Below, piece after piece: positions 33,705 to 41,873 of a stretch of 63,142 bases of DNA. The notes under the pieces were generated by a model. It had not been told where the DNA came from. It made no database searches and worked only from the letters and a program-made list of their open reading frames with translations. Every line of letters starts with the position of its first letter. Position 1 is the stretch's first letter. The translations under genes and the position numbers were made by a program. The stretch is from Syntrophaceae bacterium. GTDB taxonomy: Bacteria; Desulfobacterota; Syntrophia; Syntrophales; PHBD01. Where the stretch lies: NCBI GenBank assembly GCA_041310335.1, contig JBFYXW010000027.1, positions 1 through 63,142 of the forward strand. The letters are read 5' to 3'.

Positions 33705-35213
33705 TTACTGGAGTTTCTTGAGGGCCATGCCGCCGGCGATGAACCCGGAGGTCATGCAGGTCTGGTACCCCCCTCCGGGCAGCGTCCAGGCCGAAGCGAA
33801 GTACAGGCCGCCGACGGGGGGCCGGTTGCCCAGCCGCAGGAGCCCCGAGTCCGAAAGGTACTGGTCGAATCCGTAGATGGCGCCTCCCGGGTTGCCGGTG
33901 TAGCGCATGTTCGTCAGCGGCGTGGCCACCTCGACCACCTCCAGGTGGTCCCGAAGCCCCGGGAAATACCGCTCCGCCCGCTCGAACAGGACGGCGGCAA
34001 AGGCGTTCTTCTCGTCCACGTACCGCTCCGGGGGAATGAGGTACCAGGGTTGGGCGTAGCTCGCCGCGGTCAGGACCATGACGGACGTCCCCGGCGGCGA
34101 GAACTCCGGGTCGGAACTGGTGTAGCTCGTGAACAGCATCCCCCGGGGCGCCCCCAGGGTGAAGGCCGTCGCCCAGGCCTCCTCGATCCCGCGGCCGAAG
34201 TCGATGAAGTTCTCGTGCACCAACGCCCCCACCGCAGCGGGCGGGCAGTCGAGGCCCGCGTAAACGTTCACCGTGGAAAAGCCGACCTGGCGGCTGTTGA
34301 CCTGGCGGCGGTAACCCTCCGGGACCTGGTCGGCCCCCACCAGGTCGCCCAGGGTCGAGGGGATGCTGGCGTTGGAGACGACGACCCTCGTCTCCACCTC
34401 CTCCCCCTCGTCGGTGACAACGGCCCGGACGGCCCCGTCCTTCAGGAGGATCCGCCGGACGCCGCAGCCGAAGCGGACCTCGCCTCCGCACTCCGTGAAG
34501 GCCTCCACGAAGGCGTTCGACAGGGCCTGGTTCCGGCCCCGGATGTGCACCGGGTGCTGCTTGAGAAGGGCGTCCCAGCAGGAGGCCATCATGTGGAAGG
34601 GGACCTTCGACGGCGGCAGGCCCAGGTAGGACCAGAAGGGGGAGACGGCGCTCTTGAGGTCCTCGTCCTGGAAAAAACCGGTGAGAACCTCGCCGTAGGT
34701 CTTCATTCCCCACCGCGCGAAATCGGGGAAGCTCTCCGGCGTCAGGTCCGTGGCGCGGCGGCCGGCGGCCGCGAAGACGCCCGACAGGTCCCGGGCGAGC
34801 CGCTTCATGAGGGCGAAAAACTCCCGGATCTTTGCGGCTTCTCCGGGAAAGCGATCGCACAGCGTGTCGATCGTCCCCTCCCAGTCGGGCGGGAGGGTAA
34901 CGTCGATCCGCTCGTCCACGACGCGGTAGAGCTCCTTCAGGGGAAGGAACTGAAGTTTGCCCGCCACGCCCAGGAAGTCGAGGTACTCGTAGAGGCGGCC
35001 TCTCTGGCCCGGGAGTCCGATCCCCGAGAGGACGTGGAGGGAGGCGTCGAACTCGAAGCGCCCCCTCCGGAAGGAACTGGCGTATCCCCCCGGGACGTGA
35101 TGGCGCTCCAGGAGGAGGACCTGCTTCCCGCTCCGGGCCAGGAAGGTCGCGGCGGACATCCCGCCCAGACCAGCCCCGACGACGACGGCGTCATATCGCT
35201 TCTGCACGTGCAC
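33705..35213 (-). CDS. Phytoene-desaturase-family (CrtI-like, COG1233) FAD-dependent oxidoreductase
   Basis: GTG 35213. YDAVVVGAGLGGMSAATFLARSGKQVLLLERHHVPGGY dinucleotide fold. About 500 aa, with a C-terminal GGYQTCMTSG-type motif region. Confidence 0.85.
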   Translation of the reverse strand: MHVQKRYDAVVVGAGLGGMSAATFLARSGKQVLLLERHHVPGGYASSFRRGRFEFDASLHVLSGIGLPGQRGRLYEYLDFLGVAGKLQFLPLKELYRVVDERIDVTLPPDWEGTIDTLCDRFPGEAAKIREFFALMKRLARDLSGVFAAAGRRATDLTPESFPDFARWGMKTYGEVLTGFFQDEDLKSAVSPFWSYLGLPPSKVPFHMMASCWDALLKQHPVHIRGRNQALSNAFVEAFTECGGEVRFGCGVRRILLKDGAVRAVVTDEGEEVETRVVVSNASIPSTLGDLVGADQVPEGYRRQVNSRQVGFSTVNVYAGLDCPPAAVGALVHENFIDFGRGIEEAWATAFTLGAPRGMLFTSYTSSDPEFSPPGTSVMVLTAASYAQPWYLIPPERYVDEKNAFAAVLFERAERYFPGLRDHLEVVEVATPLTNMRYTGNPGGAIYGFDQYLSDSGLLRLGNRPPVGGLYFASAWTLPGGGYQTCMTSGFIAGGMALKKLQ

Positions 35214-35246
35214 CTCGCAACTCCGGATCGGCGAAAGGGAAGCGTC

Positions 35247-36053
35247 CTATTTCCCCCGGTAAACGGGCGGTCGCTTTTCCATGAAGGCCATGGCCGCCTC
35301 CACCATGTCCTCGGAGGGAATCATGGCGGCGTTTTTCTGGGCGACGTATTCCATGCCCGCTTGGATTCCCCGGTCCCTGCTGTAGAGGAGCACCTCCTTC
35401 GTGCCCTGGACGGCCAGGGGCGAAAGGGACGCGATCTCCGCCGCGATTTCGCGGGCGCCCTCCACCAGGGCCTCCCGGTCTTCGTAGATCCCGGTGATGA
35501 ACCCCATCTTCAGGGCCTCCCCGGCGCCGAAGTCCCGACCCGTCAGGGCCAGGTGGCGGAACCAGCCGTGGCCGATGATGTGGGGCAGCCGCTGCAGGGT
35601 GCCCACGTCGGCAATGAAGGCCACCCGCACCTCCCGGACGCTGAAGACGGCGTCCCGGGCGGCGAGGCGGATGTCGCAGGCCGCCAGGAGGTCCACGCCG
35701 CCGCCGAGGCAGTGGCTGTGGGCAGCGGCGATGACGGGTTTCCGGCAGCGCTCGACCCAGTCCATGCCCTCCTGTCCCTTCCGGATCAGGAGGCGCAGCT
35801 CCTCCCGCTGACCCGCGTTCTTTTCACCGTAAAACGTTGCCAGCTCGCCCAGGTCCGTGCCGGAGGTGAAACATTTCCCCTCCGCCCGGATGACCACCAC
35901 GCGGACGTCCGGGTCCTCGTCGAAGGCCCGGAAGTGCCGGCCGAGTTCATCGAAGAAGTTCAGTCCCATGGAGTTGCGCTTCTCCGGACGGTCCAGGATC
36001 AGCCACGCGATGGGTCCTTCACGCTCCACTCGGAAAGGGTCTTTTCGTTCCAT
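35247..36053 (-). CDS. Crotonase-family enzyme, dienoyl-CoA-isomerase-like (paralog of 59860-60669)
   Basis: ATG 36053: MERKDPFRVEREGPIAWLILDRPEKRNSM. Motifs: AEGKCFTSGTDL, HSHCLGGGVDLLAACDIRLA, FMEKRPPVYRGK. Confidence 0.85.
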   Translation of the reverse strand: MERKDPFRVEREGPIAWLILDRPEKRNSMGLNFFDELGRHFRAFDEDPDVRVVVIRAEGKCFTSGTDLGELATFYGEKNAGQREELRLLIRKGQEGMDWVERCRKPVIAAAHSHCLGGGVDLLAACDIRLAARDAVFSVREVRVAFIADVGTLQRLPHIIGHGWFRHLALTGRDFGAGEALKMGFITGIYEDREALVEGAREIAAEIASLSPLAVQGTKEVLLYSRDRGIQAGMEYVAQKNAAMIPSEDMVEAAMAFMEKRPPVYRGK

Positions 36054-36097
36054 GGTCACCCCCATCAGGGAAATGCAGATTTCGATCCAGTGCAGGC

Positions 36098-36113
36098 AGC
36101 AAGAGACATGCCC
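36098..36113 (-). promoter_or_regulatory. Sigma54 (-24/-12) promoter for the operon starting at 36053
   Basis: The minus strand reads GGGCATGTCTCTTGCT, compared with the consensus TGGCACG-N4-TTGCW. The GC element lies about 45 nt upstream of ATG 36053. Confidence 0.6.
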
Positions 36114-36349
36114 GGCGGACGGGGCGGGCCCGCCGGATCGGCCCCTGGCGCACAAGGGATCATTCACGAATGATTTCCATTGGATGCAAAAAGCGGGCGC
36201 CGGGAGGCGCCGCCGGAAACCGCGGGGTGTCCGCGGCGGGATGGATGAAGTCCATCCAGTGCCCATCCGGGAATTTTGCCCCTACCCCGCAACATCAATG
36301 GAATCGGCCTGGTGCGGGCGGATGAAAACGAATCAGCCCTTGGTCGGGT

Positions 36350-37708
36350 TTAATCCGGGGGGAGGGATCGCAGGATGCGGCGCAGCCTCTGGCGGGTGAT
36401 GCCCAGGGCGTCCGCGGCCTTCGTCCGGTTGTGCTGATGCCGAGAGAGCACGTCCTCCGTATAACTCTTGATGAGGAGGTCCAGGGGCATCTCCTTGAGG
36501 TACTTGACGTTCGATCCCCCCGGGTCGGCCTGCCCTCCGGCGATCTCCAGGGGCACGTCCCGCAGGCCGATGACGGCGTCATCGCTCAACAGGACGACCC
36601 GCTCGATCACGTTTCTCAATTCCCGGACATTCCCGGGCCACGGGTAGCGAGTCAGGGCCTCCATGGCCTCCGCGTCGAGCTGGCGCCCGTTCTTTCCCAG
36701 GAGCTTGCCGTACAGGCCCAGGAAGTGCTCGGTCAGGAGGGGGATATCCTCGCGCCTCTCCCGGAGGGGGGGGATGTTCAGCGCCACCACGTTCAGCCGG
36801 TAAAACAGGTCTTCCCGGAACCGCCCCTCCTCGACCCGTCTGAGGAGATTTCGGTTGGTGGCGGCGATGATGCGCACGTCCACGTTGATTTTCTTCGTTC
36901 CGCCCACCCGCTGCAGTTCCCGCTCCTCCAGGAACCGGAGCAGCTTGATCTGGGTCGCGGGGCTGATCTCCCCGATCTCGTCCAGGAAGAGGGTCCCCTG
37001 GTCCGCCAGCTCGAAGAAGCCCTTCTTCTGCTTCACGGCGCCGGTGAAGGCGCCCTTTTCATGCCCGAAGAGCTCGCTTTCCAGGACCCCTTCCGACAGC
37101 ATGGCGCAGTTGACCGCCACGAAGGGATGGTTCGCCCGGGGGCTTCCGTAGTGAATGGCGTTGGCAAAGAGCTCCTTGCCCGTCCCGCTTTCCCCCTGGA
37201 CGAGGACGGTCGACCGGCTGCCGCCGGCCACCCGTCGGCTCATGTCGAGGATGGGCCTCATGACGGGACTGCAGGTGAGGATCTTGTTGAAGCTGTAGAG
37301 CTCCTTCCCCCTCGACCGCATCTGGTCGACTTCGGCCTCGACCTTGCGGGAAGCCAGGCAGCGGGCGACGATGATTTTCAGCTCGTCGATGTCGAAGGGT
37401 TTGGCGACGTAATCATACGCGCCCGACTTCATGGCTTCCACGGCCCCCTTGATGCCGCTATAGGCCGTCATGACGATGATCGGGGTGTCGGCGTCCACCT
37501 GCTTGATCTGCTGCAGCACCTGGATGCCGTCCGTGTCGGGCAGCTTGACGTCCAGGAGGATCAGGTCGGGGCTGTTTTCCTCGTAGGAAAGGAGGGCCTC
37601 CCGGCCGGTGCCAGCCGTCAGGATCTCATATCCCTCGCGGGAGAGGGCCTTTTTCAGGGACTCCACGATCAGCCTCGTGTCATCCACGATGAGAATGGTC
37701 GATTTCAT
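36350..37708 (-). CDS. Sigma54-dependent response regulator (NtrC family bEBP)
   Basis: Receiver domain ILIVDD...LLDVKLPD, AAA+ GESGTGKELFA, the GAFTGA loop (EKGAFTGAV), and a C-terminal HTH (NRTKAADALGITRQRL). Confidence 0.9.
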   Translation of the reverse strand: MKSTILIVDDTRLIVESLKKALSREGYEILTAGTGREALLSYEENSPDLILLDVKLPDTDGIQVLQQIKQVDADTPIIVMTAYSGIKGAVEAMKSGAYDYVAKPFDIDELKIIVARCLASRKVEAEVDQMRSRGKELYSFNKILTCSPVMRPILDMSRRVAGGSRSTVLVQGESGTGKELFANAIHYGSPRANHPFVAVNCAMLSEGVLESELFGHEKGAFTGAVKQKKGFFELADQGTLFLDEIGEISPATQIKLLRFLEERELQRVGGTKKINVDVRIIAATNRNLLRRVEEGRFREDLFYRLNVVALNIPPLRERREDIPLLTEHFLGLYGKLLGKNGRQLDAEAMEALTRYPWPGNVRELRNVIERVVLLSDDAVIGLRDVPLEIAGGQADPGGSNVKYLKEMPLDLLIKSYTEDVLSRHQHNRTKAADALGITRQRLRRILRSLPPD

Positions 37709-38508
37709 GGCGCACCCCGGGCGGTCAGCATCCGTTCCGCCATCCGAACTCCCGTTTCCCGGGGAAGAAGCAAGGGGACCTGGGAATCGTCATCCGAACG
37801 GCAAAGGCTTTCCGGTTGCACGATCACGATGCCGATGTCATCCAGCCCCCCCCGGACCCTGTGGGCGGTCTCGCCGATCTCCTCGATCATCTCCGGGTAA
37901 TTCGGACACGTTTTTATCAGGCCTTCCAGGAAAGCAACGGTCCCCCGGCCGCAGGAACGCGCCAGGGACGCCAGCCCGTCGGAAGCGACGAGGAGGAGGT
38001 CGTCCTCCCGGAACGGCGCCGTTTCCGCCTGGAACAGGCCCGGCGCCCGGCCCACCAGGCAATGGTTGGTCCGGCTCAGTTGGAGGGCCGTCCCCTCCCC
38101 CGGCCGGAGGCGGAAGATGAGGCTGTCCCCGGCGTGGAGGATGGCAAAGCGCCGGTCGTGCCCGAAAACCGCCGCGGAGAAGGTCGTCCCGTCATGGTAG
38201 GCCGTTTCCCGGATCAGGCGATTCGTGGCCGACACCAGGCTGTCGAAAAGATCGTCCACAAGCCGGTTCGTCTCCAGCGGGTCGATCAAGCGGGACATGC
38301 CGACCCAAAAACGCTTCAGGAAGGTCGATGCCGCCTGCGGATTTCGTTCCGGCCCGTCGGCAACGGCGAAGATGCCCCTTTGCCCGTCGATCAGGACGGC
38401 ATCCCCGATCCCCTCCCAGGCCGCCTTTCCCGAACCGGGGAACAGGAGAACCGACCAAATGCCGGGTACATCGTATCGTTGCAATCCGCTCCCGTCGGAC
38501 TTTGCCAT
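37705..38508 (-). CDS. PP2C/SpoIIE-family Ser/Thr phosphatase, stand-alone domain
   Basis: ATG 38508 (TAATG overlap with the upstream stop) and ATGA overlap with the regulator start at 37705-37708. Motifs: FAVADGPERNPQAAS, HAGDSLIF, LLLVASDGL, GGLDDIGIVIV. Confidence 0.8.
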   Translation of the reverse strand: MAKSDGSGLQRYDVPGIWSVLLFPGSGKAAWEGIGDAVLIDGQRGIFAVADGPERNPQAASTFLKRFWVGMSRLIDPLETNRLVDDLFDSLVSATNRLIRETAYHDGTTFSAAVFGHDRRFAILHAGDSLIFRLRPGEGTALQLSRTNHCLVGRAPGLFQAETAPFREDDLLLVASDGLASLARSCGRGTVAFLEGLIKTCPNYPEMIEEIGETAHRVRGGLDDIGIVIVQPESLCRSDDDSQVPLLLPRETGVRMAERMLTARGAP

Positions 38509-40517
38509 TACAGGTTCAAAGCCTCCAGATGGCCCTCGGCGATGGCGTCGCTGAATTTCCGCGGCGCCTTCGCATCCCCGATTACGATCACCTCGACGCC
38601 CAGGGAGCGGCACTCCTCCTCCAGGCCGCGGACGGGCCGGGAGCCCACGGCCAGGATGACCGTGTCGGCCCCGATGGACTCGGTCCCCCCGTCCGTCTCC
38701 ACGATCACCGCCTCGCCCGTGATTTCCAGGAGCCGCGTCCGGGGGCGCAGCTCCACGCCGTGGCGGCGCAGGCTCTGCATCAGGACCCAGCGCGTCGAGG
38801 GGCCCACATTGGCCCCGATGCGGTCCACCATGTCGATGACGGTGATCCGGCGCCCGCTGTCCGAGCTCCGCCTCTTCAGCGTCTCGGCGTCCTCGGCGTC
38901 GTGGCGGGCGAGGAACGCGAAGGTCTCCGCGTCCAGGAGCCCCTCCGCGGCGACCCACTCCGCCGTCTCCAGGCCCACGGCATTGCCGCCGACGACCACG
39001 ACCCGCCTGCCGATGCGGGGGACCTTTCCCATCAGGACGTCCCAGGCGTCCACCACGTGCCCCGCGTCCACCCCGGGAACGGAAATGCGCAGGGGCCGCG
39101 CCCCCGTGGCCACCACCACGGCGTCGGGGGCCGCCTCGCGCACGTCCTCCACCGTCAGGGAACAGCCGCACCGGACCTCCAGACCCTCGTGCCGCAGCCG
39201 CTTCTCCATGCCGTCGCGGATGTGGACCAGTTCGCCCTTCCCGGGCGGCCGGGAGGCGATGTCGATCTGCCCGCCCAGGCGATCCTCCTTCTCGAAGAGC
39301 GTCACCGCGTGGCCGAGACGCGACGCCGTCAAGGCGAACTGCATCCCCGCGGGGCCGCCCCCGGCCACCCAGATTTTCCGGGGTCGGGATGCCTTCGCGG
39401 GCTCTGCCTGCTCCTCCCGCCCCACCCGGGGGTTCACGGCGCAGAAAATGCCCCTCCCCAGGAAGATGCTGTCGAAGCAGCCCTGGTTGCAGGAGACGCA
39501 GCGGACGATTTCGTCGTGACGGCCCTCCTTCACCTTTCGGGGCAGGTCGGGGTCGGCGATCAGGGGCCGTCCCCAGCAGATCAGGTCGGCGGCGCCGGCT
39601 CGCAGGACCCGCTCCGCCACGGCGGGGTCGCCGAGGCGGTTCGAGGCGAAAACGGGGACGGACACCTTTTCCTTGATGCCCCGGGCCAGGTAGGCGTAGG
39701 CGCCGGGGGGGACGGAGGCGGTCAGCTGGGGAACCGCCGTCTCGTGCCACCCTCCCGTCACGTTGACGGCGTCCACGCCGGCCTTCTCGGCCTCGGCACA
39801 GAAGAGGGCCGACTCGTCGTTCGTGTTGCTCCCCTCCATGAAGTCGTTTCCCGCCACCCGGATGCCCAGGGCCGCGTCGGGTCCGACGGCGGCCCGGACC
39901 CGGCGGATCACCTCCAGGCCGAAGCGCATGCGGTTGTCCCAGGATCCGCCGTAGGCGTCGGTGCGGTGGTTCGTCAGGGGGGACAGGAACTGGCTGATCA
40001 GGTATCCCGTGCAGGCGATGATCTCGATGAAGTCGAACCCCGCGGCAACGGCCCGGACCGCCGCCCCGGCGAAGGCCTCCTGGACGCGGTCGATGTCCTC
40101 TTCCGTCATGGCCTTCGGGACGTCCCCCGTCAGCCGGCTGCGGACGGCGGAAGGCGCCAGGGCCGGCTCCCCCGTGAAGAGCCGCGCCGGGGCGTTTCTC
40201 CCCATGTGGAAGAGCTGGACGCCCAGCTTCGCCTCCGTGTCCCGGTGGAGCTCCGCCGTCAACTGCCCGAGGACGGGAAGGTTCGTGTCGTCAAAGAGGC
40301 CCGGCATGACCGGCGCCCCGCCCTTGAGGTCGATGGCCAGGGGGCCCACGATCATCAATCCCACCCCCCCGTGGGCCCGCTGCCGGTAAAAGGCGGAATA
40401 TTTCTCGTTGAACGCATAGTCGTCCGTAAAGTGAAGCCCCATCGCGGGCATCACCGTGCGGTTGGCGATCCGCAACCGGTTGATCGTGACGGGCTCGAAC
40501 AGGCGTACGTACTCCAT
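38508..40517 (-). CDS. OYE-like FMN/[4Fe-4S] + FAD/NAD(P) reductase (2,4-dienoyl-CoA reductase FadH family)
   Basis: MEYVRLFEPVTINRLRIANRTVMPAM (an alternative start at 40526 adds MLT). Motifs: QLFHMGR, CVSCNQGCFD...FCAVNP FeS motif, KIWVAGGGPAGM and VVVVGGNAVGLE Rossmann folds. Confidence 0.9.
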   Translation of the reverse strand: MEYVRLFEPVTINRLRIANRTVMPAMGLHFTDDYAFNEKYSAFYRQRAHGGVGLMIVGPLAIDLKGGAPVMPGLFDDTNLPVLGQLTAELHRDTEAKLGVQLFHMGRNAPARLFTGEPALAPSAVRSRLTGDVPKAMTEEDIDRVQEAFAGAAVRAVAAGFDFIEIIACTGYLISQFLSPLTNHRTDAYGGSWDNRMRFGLEVIRRVRAAVGPDAALGIRVAGNDFMEGSNTNDESALFCAEAEKAGVDAVNVTGGWHETAVPQLTASVPPGAYAYLARGIKEKVSVPVFASNRLGDPAVAERVLRAGAADLICWGRPLIADPDLPRKVKEGRHDEIVRCVSCNQGCFDSIFLGRGIFCAVNPRVGREEQAEPAKASRPRKIWVAGGGPAGMQFALTASRLGHAVTLFEKEDRLGGQIDIASRPPGKGELVHIRDGMEKRLRHEGLEVRCGCSLTVEDVREAAPDAVVVATGARPLRISVPGVDAGHVVDAWDVLMGKVPRIGRRVVVVGGNAVGLETAEWVAAEGLLDAETFAFLARHDAEDAETLKRRSSDSGRRITVIDMVDRIGANVGPSTRWVLMQSLRRHGVELRPRTRLLEITGEAVIVETDGGTESIGADTVILAVGSRPVRGLEEECRSLGVEVIVIGDAKAPRKFSDAIAEGHLEALNL

Positions 40518-40541
40518 GGTCAACATTCCCCCTGCGCCCGG

Positions 40542-41027
40542 CTACGCCTTCGCCCACGGCACGGCGAAGCCCTCGGGAATCTTTCTCCCCTGCCAGACCC
40601 CGTGAACCAGGGCGACCACTTCCCCCCCGGCGTCCTTGAGTTCCAGGTCCAGGACGATGTCCGCCTTGCCCTTTTCCTCCATTTCCTTCGCGATGCCGTC
40701 GACAGTCTCCGCCGACACCTCGGCGACCAGCGTCACGTCCGTCAGGGCGGGGCGCCGGTAGCGGATGCGGATCTCCTTGGCGATGGGGAAGTATTTCATG
40801 TAATCCAGGGTCGCTCCGAAGAGGGCGCCGCCGATGACCTCTCCCAGCGCGAAGAGGGATCCCGCGTACATCATACCGATGTGATTCGTGTTTCTATCTA
40901 TGGGCATCATCATCTTGACGTATCGCTCGCGCATTTCGAGCACCTGGACGCCGGTCCGCCGAATGGCCTCCACGCCGTTCTGCGAGAAGTCGGCCACGTG
41001 CTTGTATTTTTCCTCGATCATCGTCAT
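40542..41027 (-). CDS. Hotdog-fold thioesterase (PaaI/YiiD_C-like)
   Basis: NHIGMMYAGSLFALGEV. About 160 aa. ATG 41027 forms an ATGA overlap with the upstream stop; ATG 41021 is an alternative, and the track start at 41039 is TTG. Confidence 0.7.
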   Translation of the reverse strand: MTMIEEKYKHVADFSQNGVEAIRRTGVQVLEMRERYVKMMMPIDRNTNHIGMMYAGSLFALGEVIGGALFGATLDYMKYFPIAKEIRIRYRRPALTDVTLVAEVSAETVDGIAKEMEEKGKADIVLDLELKDAGGEVVALVHGVWQGRKIPEGFAVPWAKA

Positions 41028-41830
41028 CTCCTCTTCCAATCGGGTTTGCGGCCTTCCATCAGGGCTTTCACCCCCTCCTGGAAATCGTCGCTCCTAAGGA
41101 GGGCACTCTGCAGGCCCACTTCCATGTCCAGGTGCGTCATGAGGTCGACCCCCTCGCCGCGCTTCACGATCCGCTTGACGGCCCCGACGGCCAGGGGCCC
41201 CATGGCGATGATGTCGCGGGCCAGCCGCTCCGCCTCTTCCAGCAGGGTCTCCGCCGGGAACACGTCGTTGATCAGTCCGTACTGCAGGGCCTGGGCGGCG
41301 GTGTAGGTCCTGCCCGTCATGAGGATCTCCATGGTTTTGGCGGGGCCAACGATCCGGCTCAGGCGGGCCGTGCCCCCCAGGTCGGGGACGACGCCGAACC
41401 GGAGCTCCGGCATGCTCCAGAGGCAGTCCTCGCTCATGAGGCGGATGTCGCAGGCCAGGGTCAATTCCAGCCCCAGCCCCAGCACGCGGTTGTGCATCGC
41501 GCAGAGGATGGGGATCTCGATGGCCTCCAGGCGGTTCAGGTACTGCTGGAACCGGGAGATGTCCGCCCGGATGGACGCCCCGCCGGCCGCCGAGTCGGTC
41601 ATGAAGCGGCCCACGAGGCCGGCGAGAGACGCGAAATCCACCCCCGCCGAAAAGACCTTTCCCTCCCCCTTGAGGATAATGACCCGGACCTCCGGGTCCG
41701 TGACCAGGCCCTCCACCATCCCCGAGATCGCCTCGATCATCTCGAAGGTGATGGCGTTCCGCTGGGCCGGGCGGTTCAGGGTGATATGGAAGATGGCCCC
41801 TCTCTTCTCGCCGATCACGTGTTCGTCCAC
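41024..41830 (-). CDS. Enoyl-CoA hydratase/isomerase (crotonase family)
   Basis: GTG 41830 follows GGGAGGAGG. AIFHITLNRPAQRNAIT, GEGKVFSAGVDF, MHNRVLGLGLELTLACDIRL. Confidence 0.85.
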   Translation of the reverse strand: MDEHVIGEKRGAIFHITLNRPAQRNAITFEMIEAISGMVEGLVTDPEVRVIILKGEGKVFSAGVDFASLAGLVGRFMTDSAAGGASIRADISRFQQYLNRLEAIEIPILCAMHNRVLGLGLELTLACDIRLMSEDCLWSMPELRFGVVPDLGGTARLSRIVGPAKTMEILMTGRTYTAAQALQYGLINDVFPAETLLEEAERLARDIIAMGPLAVGAVKRIVKRGEGVDLMTHLDMEVGLQSALLRSDDFQEGVKALMEGRKPDWKRR

Positions 41831-41873
41831 GATGCGCCTCCTCCCGGCGGGTCCTTCCCTCGTTTCCGGGCCG

